Below are positions 28,633 to 39,636 of a stretch of 64,000 nt of DNA, in pieces; position 1 is the first letter of the stretch; the number at the start of each line of letters is the position of its first letter. This stretch comes from Bdellovibrionota bacterium (lineage in GTDB: Bacteria; Bdellovibrionota_G; JALEGL01; DATDPG01). The notes under the pieces were generated by a model. That model saw only the letters and a list, made by a program, of their open reading frames with translations. It ran no database searches and was not told the DNA's origin. Made by a program: the position numbers and the translations under genes. The stretch lies in contig OY764265.1 in the NCBI GenBank assembly GCA_963668355.1, positions 2,816,001-2,880,000 on the forward strand, given 5' to 3'.

Positions 28633-30360
28633 TCAAAGCCTCATGTGTTCACCTTTATCACGTAGGCCGCCTCGAAGCAGCAATTCTTGTGCATGTTCCA
28701 AAGTTTTTTGCGTCACTTTGATCCCTCCAATCATCCTAGCCAGTTCCTCTTTTCGTTCTACGTCCGATAAACTCTGGACTTGAGCCGTTGTGCGACCTTT
28801 CAGAAGCACCTTCTTCACGACGAGATGAGATGAAGCATAACAGGCGATTTGAGCCAAATGGGTCACGCACAAAACTTGTTTTCCTTGAGAAAGAGATTTG
28901 AGCCGAATGCCAATTCGTTCCGCCGTATCTCCTCCGATTCCCGTGTCCACTTCATCAAAAAGAAACGTAATTTCTTTTCCCCCCTCTTCTCCCGCGGACA
29001 AGTTTTTAATGGCCAACAGAACCCGAGAAAGCTCTCCTCCCGAGGCAATTTTTGCCAGAGGGCGAAATCCCTCTCCGGGGTTCGGAGCAAAACGAAGTCG
29101 AGCCCTTTCTAACCCGTTTTCCGAGATCCATGCATCTCCTACGTTCAAGGCACCGGGCTCCGTTTCCAAGGTTTCAAAGTCCAACAAAATTTTGGCGTTC
29201 TTCATCCCCAAATGTTTCAGTTCTTGTGTGACTTCTTTTGAAAAACGATCGGCCGACTTTTTTCTCTCCCCCGAAAGGGTTTGCGCTTCACCCAATAATG
29301 TTTTGGCTTGGCTGTCGCGTTCCTGAATCAGACATTCCTCGTTAAACGAAAAATCTTCCAAGGAAGAAATGGCTCGACCGATTCGATCTCTCTCTGCAAG
29401 AGCCTTTTCAATAGACCCATATTTACGTGCCAACTGTTGAAGCTTCGCCAAACGTTGATTGATCTGTTCAATTTCTTCCGGTTCGGCCTCCAAGCCTTCC
29501 AAATACCCTCGCATCACACCCAACAAATCGTGCAAACGCGAAGAAAATCCTTCGGCTTCGTTTTGCCAATCTTTGAGAGATGAATCAGTATGTGCCATGG
29601 CCGAAAGAAGCGTAAATAATTTTCCGGTATGATCCAACAGGCCGCCATCGGCTTCCACGCGTTCCACAATTTCTTGAGCCATCTCCGCAAGCTTAGAAGC
29701 ATGCGCCAAACGATGATGTCGATTCTGAAGATCTTCCTCTTCTCCCAGAATTAAATTGGCTTCTTTAAGTTCGGAGTGTTGAAAAAGAAGAAAATCTTTT
29801 TGTTTTTGAAACTCTTCCCTCTCCGTTCGAAGCTTCGTGATTCGTCTCTCGATTTCCTGCATTTTTCGAAATTCAGAGCGAACTTTTTTGGCCAATTCAC
29901 CTAAATCTCCAAACGAATCCACAATCTCCAAATGCGTTCGTTCATCCAGAAGAGCTTGTTGTCCGTGTTGCCCACTCACGTCCACCCAATGCTTGGCAAA
30001 CTCGGCCAATCCGGAAACATTCCATTGCCATCCATTGGCCCAGACGCGGCTTCTTCCATCCGCAGAAACGGATCTTCGTAAGATCACTTCGTTGGTTTCA
30101 CACGAAATGCCTTGATCCTTTAACCAGCCAAGAGCCATGGCCGAAGAGGAAAACTCGATGACCCCTTCCACAACGGCCAAGTCCTCCCCTTTTCTAACAT
30201 CGTGGCTGGAGGCTCGTTTTCCAGCCAACAAACCAATGGCTTCCACCAAGATGGATTTTCCTGCGCCCGTTTCTCCAGTTAGAACATTGAGTCCTGAATG
30301 AAAATCCACGGCCAAACTGGGAAGGATCGCGAGGTTCTGGATTTTGATACTACGCAGCAT
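28633..30360 (-). CDS. recN: DNA repair protein RecN
   Basis: LTGETGAGKS, coiled coil, ASGGELSR, FDEVDTGIGG, VTHLAQIA. Confidence 0.96.
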   Translation of the reverse strand: MLRSIKIQNLAILPSLAVDFHSGLNVLTGETGAGKSILVEAIGLLAGKRASSHDVRKGEDLAVVEGVIEFSSSAMALGWLKDQGISCETNEVILRRSVSADGRSRVWANGWQWNVSGLAEFAKHWVDVSGQHGQQALLDERTHLEIVDSFGDLGELAKKVRSEFRKMQEIERRITKLRTEREEFQKQKDFLLFQHSELKEANLILGEEEDLQNRHHRLAHASKLAEMAQEIVERVEADGGLLDHTGKLFTLLSAMAHTDSSLKDWQNEAEGFSSRLHDLLGVMRGYLEGLEAEPEEIEQINQRLAKLQQLARKYGSIEKALAERDRIGRAISSLEDFSFNEECLIQERDSQAKTLLGEAQTLSGERKKSADRFSKEVTQELKHLGMKNAKILLDFETLETEPGALNVGDAWISENGLERARLRFAPNPGEGFRPLAKIASGGELSRVLLAIKNLSAGEEGGKEITFLFDEVDTGIGGDTAERIGIRLKSLSQGKQVLCVTHLAQIACYASSHLVVKKVLLKGRTTAQVQSLSDVERKEELARMIGGIKVTQKTLEHAQELLLRGGLRDKGEHMRL

Positions 30361-30439
30361 ATCGAGTTTTTCTGGCTAACATGAAATGAGGGTTCTGTCG
30401 ATTTGACGGAAAACCGAAAGACGCCTAAACAGGCTCGCA

Positions 30440-31450
30440 ATGGACCAAAGAATTGTCATACTGGGAGCCGGAAGTTGGGGGACCGCCATTGCTCAGCGTC
30501 TATCCGAAGCCGGACACGAGGTAACCCTTTGGGATCTATTTACTGAACATCTTGAAGAAGTCGCTCACGAAAAATGCAATACGCGGTATCACCCTGGAAT
30601 TAAACTCAATTCCAACATCAAATTCCAAGCCGATCTTCCCAAAGCCATCCACCAAAAGAATGTGATCATGATGATCACTCCCTCCCATGGATTTCGCCCT
30701 CTTTTGGAGAGAATAAAACCCCACCTTTCCAAAGATGCTTTTGTCATGACGGCTTCGAAAGGCCTCGACACCAAAACGCTTCAAACCTTGTCGGAAATCA
30801 CTTCAGAAATCATGGGCGATTCATTCACTCAGAACCAATATGCGGTTCTTTCGGGACCCACGTTCGCCAAAGAGGTGATGGAAAACACCCCTTCCGCAGC
30901 CACCATTGCATCCTATTCCGAAGACACGGCCAAACATCTTCAAGAACTTGTCCATGGCGGCAATTTCCGAATATACACCTCCACAGATGTCATAGGCGTT
31001 GAGCTGGCCGGTGCCTTGAAAAACGTCATCGCCATTACCACAGGAGTGTCTGACGGATTTCACTTTGGGCACAACGCTCGGGCCGCTTTGATCACACGTG
31101 GATTATTTGAGATTTCTGAAATCGGGATCAAAAAAGGAGCCAACCCTCGAACCTTTTCCGGACTGTCCGGTTTGGGAGATCTAATCCTTACATGTACAGG
31201 AGATCTTTCTCGAAACCGACGGGCGGGACTGAAGTTGGCCGAGGGAAAAACCATTCGCACCATCATGAAAGAGCTGGGGCAAGTCGTTGAGGGCATCCGA
31301 ACCACGAAAGCAGCCTATCAATTGGCCAAAGCCTTGAAAGTTGACGTTCCCATCATTGAGGCGACCTATCTCTCCCTATACGAAGGAAAAAGTCCTCAAC
31401 AAGCCGTACGCGACATCTTAGATCGAGATCCCGAACCGGAACACGATTAA
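30440..31450 (+). CDS. gpsA: NAD(P)H-dependent glycerol-3-phosphate dehydrogenase
   Basis: GAGSWGTA, SGPTFAKEV, GALKNVIAI, GLGDLILTCTGDLSRNR. Confidence 0.96.
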   Translation: MDQRIVILGAGSWGTAIAQRLSEAGHEVTLWDLFTEHLEEVAHEKCNTRYHPGIKLNSNIKFQADLPKAIHQKNVIMMITPSHGFRPLLERIKPHLSKDAFVMTASKGLDTKTLQTLSEITSEIMGDSFTQNQYAVLSGPTFAKEVMENTPSAATIASYSEDTAKHLQELVHGGNFRIYTSTDVIGVELAGALKNVIAITTGVSDGFHFGHNARAALITRGLFEISEIGIKKGANPRTFSGLSGLGDLILTCTGDLSRNRRAGLKLAEGKTIRTIMKELGQVVEGIRTTKAAYQLAKALKVDVPIIEATYLSLYEGKSPQQAVRDILDRDPEPEHD

Positions 31451-31455
31451 GCCCG

Positions 31456-32514
31456 TCAAGAGCTAAACGAAGCTTCGCTCCAGGCGGTTCCGTTCCATGT
31501 CATGACAAACCCCTCAGCATTTGAGTTGGCACTTTCCGCCCCAATGGCAATGGCACTGGTTTCGGAAAGCATCAAAACATCCGTCAGACGCACTCCGTAT
31601 TCTGCGGCCGGATTGTCCACAATTGTCCAACCCGTCCCATTGTATTGAAGCACAACGCCGTCCTCACCCACAGCAATCGCCGAAGTTGCAGAGACACCAT
31701 GAACGGCCAATAAAGCTGAGCTTGTGGCTGACACAGCTTGCCGTGTCCACTCCGTGTCGTAATGCAAAACCGTTCCAGCAGCTCCAACGACAAAGATATT
31801 TCCACTGGTGTCATCCACCCAAACATCCTGTAAATCGGTATCGATAGGTACGTCGACACTCTGACACACCGATTGTTCATCGCTTTCCCAAAAAGTCCCT
31901 CCATTGCTTGTCTGCAAAATCGTGCAGTCCTCCCCAACGACGATCAAGTTCAAACTTGAGACAGCGCCACGACCATCGATGCCTTTGAGATTTGTCGACA
32001 CCTCGCTGCTTTGAGTTAGCCATTCTGTTCCTTGGTTTTGAAGAATGGTTCCTGAATCCCCAACCGCATAAAGAAACGTTGAGTTCGTTCGATAGATGCC
32101 ATACAAATCTTCGGTCACACCGCTTTCCATGGAACTCAATGTTGAACCGTCATAAGTGACAATTCCACCTCCCGCACCCACGAACCAAGCCGAATTTGTG
32201 CTTTCCGTTTGATTACATGCAACACCGTTAACGTCCACCGGCGTTCCCTCCAGAACAGAAAAGGAGGTCAAATTCGAGGAGGTCAAAAGTTTTCCCCCAT
32301 TGCTTCCAAAAAAATACGTTCCCGAAAGCGTGCGACACAAGGAAGACAGAGGGTTTTCTTGAAAGGAAGAAGCGGTTTCCCCCGTGTCTCCGGGAGGGCT
32401 TCCAGCTCCCGAACCAAAAGTGCCGCTTCCACTCCCCGTGCTACCGGATCCACCGGAAGGACATCCCGACAAGGTAAAGACCAAACCCAATACAAGAAAA
32501 GCACGAATGATCAT
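31456..32514 (-). CDS. Lipoprotein with beta-propeller-like (YCF48/WD40-like) repeats
   Basis: Lipobox LSGC, Gly/Ser linker, repeated L..V......AVG..GTIL...G..W units. Confidence 0.75.
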   Translation of the reverse strand: MIIRAFLVLGLVFTLSGCPSGGSGSTGSGSGTFGSGAGSPPGDTGETASSFQENPLSSLCRTLSGTYFFGSNGGKLLTSSNLTSFSVLEGTPVDVNGVACNQTESTNSAWFVGAGGGIVTYDGSTLSSMESGVTEDLYGIYRTNSTFLYAVGDSGTILQNQGTEWLTQSSEVSTNLKGIDGRGAVSSLNLIVVGEDCTILQTSNGGTFWESDEQSVCQSVDVPIDTDLQDVWVDDTSGNIFVVGAAGTVLHYDTEWTRQAVSATSSALLAVHGVSATSAIAVGEDGVVLQYNGTGWTIVDNPAAEYGVRLTDVLMLSETSAIAIGAESANSNAEGFVMTWNGTAWSEASFSS

Positions 32515-32527
32515 GCGCCTGAGACTA

Positions 32528-33265
32528 TCAGCTCCACAAATCCCACGCCACCTTCCCAATCATCAACCATGTGATCAAAATGAATACCGGACGAATCGCC
32601 TTGGCTCCTCCCTTTAGAGCAAACTGGGCGCCTACAACTCCCCCCAAAAAAGCGGCCATCGCCCCCGGTAGAGCCAAACGAAAATCAACATAGCCTTTGG
32701 ACGCAAACAAAAAAATGGCTCCGATATTGGTCCCAAGGTTAATCAAGCGCGAATTGGCCGAGGCTTTTAACAGGTGAGCCCCTCCAATCAGAACAAACGA
32801 CATCATTAAAAAGGTTCCAGTGCCCGGACCAAAAAAACCGTCATAAAATCCCAAACCGCCGGATAACAGACTGATCCATAGAATTGCATGCTTCTTGGCT
32901 TCTTGGGTCGTTAGACCAAAACGCCTTTTCAAGGCCACGTAGAGTGCCACCAGAATTAATCCAAACAGAATGACCGGACGAAGGACCTCCGGACTGGTTT
33001 GCGTGGCTACCCAGGCCCCCAAAACCGAACACAACCCAGCAAATAGGGCCATCGGAAAAACCCTTCTCCATTCGATGGTCCCCGAAACCCAATAGCGAAA
33101 TGAGCTGGCAATGGCGGTCGAAATCCCGATGGCTTTATTGGTCCCCAAGGCAAGTTTGGGGGGAAGTCCCAGAGCCATCAAGGCTGGTAAGGAAATCAAT
33201 CCCCCTCCACCTGCCACGGCGTCAATGAACCCAGCAACAAATCCTGCAATTATTAAAAAGATCAC
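32528..33265 (-). CDS. TauE/SafE (TSUP, YfcA-like) transporter
   Basis: AGFIDAVAGGGGLISLPAL, ALGTNK, GFYDGFFGPGTGTFL. Confidence 0.92.
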   Translation of the reverse strand: MIFLIIAGFVAGFIDAVAGGGGLISLPALMALGLPPKLALGTNKAIGISTAIASSFRYWVSGTIEWRRVFPMALFAGLCSVLGAWVATQTSPEVLRPVILFGLILVALYVALKRRFGLTTQEAKKHAILWISLLSGGLGFYDGFFGPGTGTFLMMSFVLIGGAHLLKASANSRLINLGTNIGAIFLFASKGYVDFRLALPGAMAAFLGGVVGAQFALKGGAKAIRPVFILITWLMIGKVAWDLWS

Positions 33266-33289
33266 TATAATGCGCCCTGGAGGTTGCTC

Positions 33290-34264
33290 ATGATGAAAAC
33301 AATTGGAACTTTGCTATCCCTATTCATGGTTTTGACGCTTACCTACAGTTGCCAAACCAAAAGTCAAAAAAAAGCCAGCCATGGTTCGGTGTTGGCGACG
33401 GTGAACCAAGAAGAAATTCACGAAAAAGAATTAAAAAGACAGTCCATGATCAAGGCGCATTCCTTGAAAGACATTTCCGATGAAACGGAAAAGAAAAAGG
33501 TACTTTTAAACGACTTGATTGATGACGAAGTACTATTCCAAGAAGCCATCAAAGAAGATTTTCATCGAAAAGAAAGCATAAAAAGGCAAATCGTTCGTCA
33601 TTTTCTCAATGAAAAGATGAGAACCAAATTCAAACCTAGTGACGAAGAACTTCAAAAATATTATGAAGCACATAAAGACGAACTCCAACGAATTCGTGCC
33701 TCCCATATTTTAATCAAGCCAGAAAAGAAAAACGACCCGGAATCAGAAGCCAAGGCTTTGGACAAAATTGAAGCCATTCAAAAGAAAATCAAAGCCGGAG
33801 AGGACTTTGCCGAACTCGCCAAAACCTACTCTCAGGATCCTGGATCGGCGCGACGTGGCGGCGACTTGCGGTTCTTTAACAAACGAATGATGGTCAAACC
33901 CTTCTCAGATGCGGCTTTTGCACTTAAGAATGTGGGTGATGTGAGCGACATCGTAAAAACAGATTTTGGATATCACATCATCAAACTCACCGGACGCCAA
34001 GAAGGTATCGATTCCATTAAGCATGTCATCAAAGCCAGTTTAATGAAGGAAAAACGGGAAGAAGCCCGAAAGGAAATCATTTCATCCCTGAGGGGAAAGG
34101 CCAGCGTCCATATTTACGATTCCAATTTGGAAAAAGTAACCCTTGAGCCCAAGAAGCCGCCCCAAAAACATGGGCAAGCGAAAAAATTGGATAAAAAAAA
34201 GCTAAAAGAACTCATGAAGCGCATGAGTCCCAAAAAAGCTATGAAGGAACAATCGAAGAAATAA
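33290..34264 (+). CDS. PpiC/parvulin-type peptidyl-prolyl isomerase lipoprotein (PrsA-like)
   Basis: Lipobox-like TYSC, RASHILI, FAELAKTYSQD, GGDL, FGYHIIK; GGAGG SD. Confidence 0.92.
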   Translation: MMKTIGTLLSLFMVLTLTYSCQTKSQKKASHGSVLATVNQEEIHEKELKRQSMIKAHSLKDISDETEKKKVLLNDLIDDEVLFQEAIKEDFHRKESIKRQIVRHFLNEKMRTKFKPSDEELQKYYEAHKDELQRIRASHILIKPEKKNDPESEAKALDKIEAIQKKIKAGEDFAELAKTYSQDPGSARRGGDLRFFNKRMMVKPFSDAAFALKNVGDVSDIVKTDFGYHIIKLTGRQEGIDSIKHVIKASLMKEKREEARKEIISSLRGKASVHIYDSNLEKVTLEPKKPPQKHGQAKKLDKKKLKELMKRMSPKKAMKEQSKK

Positions 34265-34919
34265 GACGGTCATCATTGACTGAGCTGTCGTTCACCCGTT
34301 TGGAAACATATTCAAATGAGATGGGCATTTTGGTTGGCCTTTGAACCAACTGATGCAATTCTCTGAGATCGCTCACATGACGATGAGGGGTGATCCATCT
34401 GCGGGCTTCGTTTAAACTCAACATCACTGGCATCCGGTGATGAATGGGTCTTACGGCTTCGTCAGCTTGGGTGGTTAAAATGGTAAATCTTCGGATATGA
34501 GGGTCTTCAGGATCTCTCTCAAACAACCCCGCAAATAAAAATGCCTCTCTCTGAGGGAGATGAAACCAAACCGGTTGTTTACGACCTTTCGGCCCCGCCC
34601 ACTCATAAAAACCATCTACAGGAACCAGACAACGTCCTTCACGAAAGGCTTTTCGAAATGTGGGTTTCTCCATGGCGGTTTCAGCCCTAGCGTTGATGAA
34701 AAATTTTTCGGCATTCTCAGACCAAGAAGGAACCAGCCCCCAAATGGCGGGTTCCAGACGGTTCTGTTCTTCTTCTTGAAAAATGATCCAATGCGCATCC
34801 GTCGGAGCCACATTGTATTGAGGGGAAAATGAATTTTGGAACTCCGGAGAAAGAAGAAGAGAAAGTTCAACGGGAATTCCGCCCAGTTCTCGCTGCGTTA
34901 GCGTAAAACGTCCACACAT
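34239..34919 (-). CDS. SOS response-associated peptidase (SRAP/YedK/HMCES-like abasic-site protection protein)
   Basis: MCGRF start, YNVAPT, INARAET, GFYEW, IHHRMPV. Confidence 0.93.
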   Translation of the reverse strand: MCGRFTLTQRELGGIPVELSLLLSPEFQNSFSPQYNVAPTDAHWIIFQEEEQNRLEPAIWGLVPSWSENAEKFFINARAETAMEKPTFRKAFREGRCLVPVDGFYEWAGPKGRKQPVWFHLPQREAFLFAGLFERDPEDPHIRRFTILTTQADEAVRPIHHRMPVMLSLNEARRWITPHRHVSDLRELHQLVQRPTKMPISFEYVSKRVNDSSVNDDRLISSIVPS

Positions 34920-34928
34920 AGAATTCGA

Positions 34929-35726
34929 CTACTTCAACCCTACCACATAAGCAATCCAAGCTTCGCAATTCTCTTCTTTTTGAACGAGGTTATATTCGCC
35001 ATTTCCGCCACCTTCGCCGTCATCCCCTTCCCAATACACAAAAGTCTTTTTAAACCCCGCTTCTTTCATGCATTCGCGAATTTCGGGAATGGTCCACATG
35101 CGCCAATCGTATCGAAAGGCACGACGTTTCATTGAGCCATCGGGAAATTTAAAATGGATGAAAAACGTGGCTTCGTGGCTGATGGGGTCAAAGGACTTCT
35201 GCTCCCAGACATACGTATACTCTAGACCATTCTCCATTTCTTGGTCTCGGGTTTCTTTGTTGGGCTGAACCGTTTCAAATCCACCTTGAATGTCACAAAT
35301 CATCACGCCATCGGAGGTCAAAGACTCATAGGCATTTCGAACATATGTGAGAAGGTCCTTTCGAGTCTTCCAAATGAACCATGAAAAATTAGAAGCTCCT
35401 AGGATCTGGACTTTTGGGTCGCGCACATCCAATACCGATTTTTTTAGAATATGAAGTCTTTCCTGCTCATCTTTGTTGAGCTTGGGAAAATGATTCTTAA
35501 AACCAAAATCTAAGGGAACGGGATCAATATCCAATCCCCAAGCCTGGTTCTTCTTATGTCTACGAACCCATTCCGTGCTCAGAATGAACGTTCCGCAAAA
35601 ATCTTCTCGAAAGGTGTGTGCTTTTTTGCCGCGATGTTCTTTAAAAATCCGATCAAACAGCTCCGCTTCGGACTCGGGATCTTGGACAGAATCTTCATAA
35701 AGAACATATTTATTTGGCTTTTTCAT
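34929..35726 (-). CDS. Class I SAM-dependent methyltransferase-like protein
   Basis: LYEDSVQDP, FREDFCGT (motif I-like), GLDID, YDWRMWTIPEI. Confidence 0.75.
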   Translation of the reverse strand: MKKPNKYVLYEDSVQDPESEAELFDRIFKEHRGKKAHTFREDFCGTFILSTEWVRRHKKNQAWGLDIDPVPLDFGFKNHFPKLNKDEQERLHILKKSVLDVRDPKVQILGASNFSWFIWKTRKDLLTYVRNAYESLTSDGVMICDIQGGFETVQPNKETRDQEMENGLEYTYVWEQKSFDPISHEATFFIHFKFPDGSMKRRAFRYDWRMWTIPEIRECMKEAGFKKTFVYWEGDDGEGGGNGEYNLVQKEENCEAWIAYVVGLK

Positions 35727-35841
35727 CTTCGACTTTTTCCCCACAGCAATTCTCGCAAACGCGCGGCAGAATAACATGAAGATTCACAAAGCCTAAATTT
35801 CAGCCCCATTTTGGATTTCAAAACCAAGAAAAATGGGACGC

Positions 35842-35906
35842 AAAAAAAGGCCCTTTTCTTTCTGGGGACACGTAACAAGTACATGTCCCCGTGAAAAGGG
35901 CCTTTT
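35842..35906 (-). terminator. Extended intrinsic terminator after groEL
   Basis: AAAAGGCCCTTTTC...GAAAAGGGCCTTTT outer stem with inner GGGGACA/TGTCCCC stem, followed by T7 on the minus strand. Confidence 0.7.
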
Positions 35907-35942
35907 AAGCTTTGAGCCGTTAGGCTGTTGAAAGCAATGAGC

Positions 35943-37906
<1,964 letters not shown>

Positions 37907-37922
37907 GGTTCTTCCTTTCTTA

Positions 37923-38198
37923 CTAGTTGTTACTCTTTTCACCCTTGCCCGCGGCACAGGATGAAGAATCTTTGCAAGACGATGCGGAGGAACAGGTTCC
38001 GGATTTGTTGGCCGATCCATTGCTGCTATATCCGTCCTTGTACCAGCCGCCCCCTTTTAAAAGAAATGCAGATCGGGAAATCAGCTTCTTCACTTTCCCC
38101 CCACACACCTGACATTTCTCTACGGGCTGATCTGAAACCTTTTGGTGGACCTCAAAATGATGTCCACTCTTTAAACACTCATATTCGTAAATTGGCAT
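37923..38198 (-). CDS. FmdB-family zinc ribbon protein
   Basis: [13 protein letters not shown]...C..CGG...[10 protein letters not shown]. Confidence 0.9.
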   Translation of the reverse strand: MPIYEYECLKSGHHFEVHQKVSDQPVEKCQVCGGKVKKLISRSAFLLKGGGWYKDGYSSNGSANKSGTCSSASSCKDSSSCAAGKGEKSNN

Positions 38199-38233
38199 CT
38201 TCTTCTTATATTTCAGTCAGTTAATGTTCTGGA

Positions 38234-38260
38234 TTAGCACTCTATATCCTAGACTGCTAA
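38234..38260. promoter_or_regulatory. CIRCE element (HrcA operator)
   Basis: TTAGCACTC-N9-GACTGCTAA, one mismatch to TTAGCACTC-N9-GAGTGCTAA, upstream of the groESL operon. Confidence 0.9.
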
Positions 38261-38290
38261 CCATTTCGCGGGTACTTTAGACACGAGTCA

Positions 38291-38965
38291 ATGCTTGTCA
38301 AGGGACCGAAAGAAAAAATTGGAATTCACCTGATGGCCAAGGCCCCCGTTCAGGGATGGTGCAACACAAGGCTCGCCGAGTCCATCGGCCCCGAAAAAGC
38401 CGCCAAACTTCAAGAGGCCTTACTGATGGACGTCTTGGAAAAAATACAAGCGACTGAAATCATTGCCAATTTGTGGATAGGCACCCCCTCTTCTTCGCCC
38501 AAGATTCAAACCTACCCCATCCGTCGTGTCACCTACTTGGTCGGAAAAACATTGGGCGGAGCTATGACCCGAGCCTTCAATGCAAGCCGAAAGCGAGGAT
38601 GGACAAGGGCTCTTTTTGTCGGGACCGATTCCCCTGTAGCCTTGGATGCTCACCTGGCGGCTGCGCTGAATGAGCTGCAAGAAAAGGATATGGTTTTGGG
38701 GCCCACCGGAGATGGAGGCGTGTATTTGATAGGTCTGAAACAGTCTTTTCGAGATCCCTTTTCCAACATTGAGTGGGGAGGAACTGAAGTTTTTTCTCAG
38801 CTCCAGCAAATGGGAAAAGACAAAGGCGTGTCCATGTCGATTCTCCCTCGAGAGGACGACGTCGACACGATGGGGGACTTAAAAGTCCTGTTCGAAGAAC
38901 TCAAGAAGAATCCTGAAATCGCCATGAGAACCTTCCAACTCTTACACGCCTGGAAACTTTTTTGA
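38291..38965 (+). CDS. DUF2064/TIGR04282-like transferase (CofC-like fold)
   Basis: MAKAP..G..NTRLA..IG, VGTDSP, VLGPTGDGGVYLIGL, DVDT..DL. Confidence 0.8.
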   Translation: MLVKGPKEKIGIHLMAKAPVQGWCNTRLAESIGPEKAAKLQEALLMDVLEKIQATEIIANLWIGTPSSSPKIQTYPIRRVTYLVGKTLGGAMTRAFNASRKRGWTRALFVGTDSPVALDAHLAAALNELQEKDMVLGPTGDGGVYLIGLKQSFRDPFSNIEWGGTEVFSQLQQMGKDKGVSMSILPREDDVDTMGDLKVLFEELKKNPEIAMRTFQLLHAWKLF

Positions 38966-39630
38966 TTTCTGTGATCGTACCGGTTCGAAATGAACCTTTG
39001 CTACGCACATTTCTCGATTCCATCCGCGTTCAACTTCCGTTGGCTGAAATCATTGTGGTCGACACGTCCCAAACATCGCTTCTTCAAAACCGATCCATGG
39101 GAAATTTCAGATATATCCATCAACCGGGACTCAAAACGCGTGCCAAAGCCTTGAACGCTGGTGCAAAGGAGGCATCCAAACCTTATTTCTTATTTCTCCA
39201 TGCCGACTGCATGCTTTCCAATGCATCCCTTTCGGAAATCCAAAACGTTATGGAGGAGGGGATCAAGGTCTCTGCATTTTTGAAAGAGTATTTCCCCTCT
39301 TCTTGGCTCCTAAAACAGCAAAGTGCCTATTTGAATCGGAAAGTCCTCCAACAGGGGCGTTATCTTAACGGAACCAATGGTTTGCTCATCTCAAGGGAAT
39401 GTTTTTTTGATTTCAAGGGCTTTCCGGAGGTTTCCTTTATGGAAGATGTGCGAATGTTCGACCATATTCGCCGAAATCTTTCGATTCACATCATTCAAGC
39501 ACCGCTTTTGGTTTCTTCACGGAAGTACGTGTCCTCTTCCGCCCTCTTTCACATGATTCGAAACTTCTTCATATATCATCTCTACCGACTCAAGGTTCCC
39601 CCCTCTCTTCTTCGACACCTTTATCCTTAG
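38962..39630 (+). CDS. Family 2 glycosyltransferase, TIGR04283-like
   Basis: ISVIVPVRNE, RAKALNAGA, LFLHAD, GFPEVSFMED, SSRKY; paired with the preceding gene. Confidence 0.8.
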   Translation: MISVIVPVRNEPLLRTFLDSIRVQLPLAEIIVVDTSQTSLLQNRSMGNFRYIHQPGLKTRAKALNAGAKEASKPYFLFLHADCMLSNASLSEIQNVMEEGIKVSAFLKEYFPSSWLLKQQSAYLNRKVLQQGRYLNGTNGLLISRECFFDFKGFPEVSFMEDVRMFDHIRRNLSIHIIQAPLLVSSRKYVSSSALFHMIRNFFIYHLYRLKVPPSLLRHLYP

Positions 39631-39636
39631 GACGTT

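Noticed and set aside
34239..35726. SRAP plus methyltransferase as a possible defence or DNA-modification module
   Set aside because: The methyltransferase shows no DNA MTase catalytic motif (DPPY/NPPY/PC) and no nuclease is adjacent.
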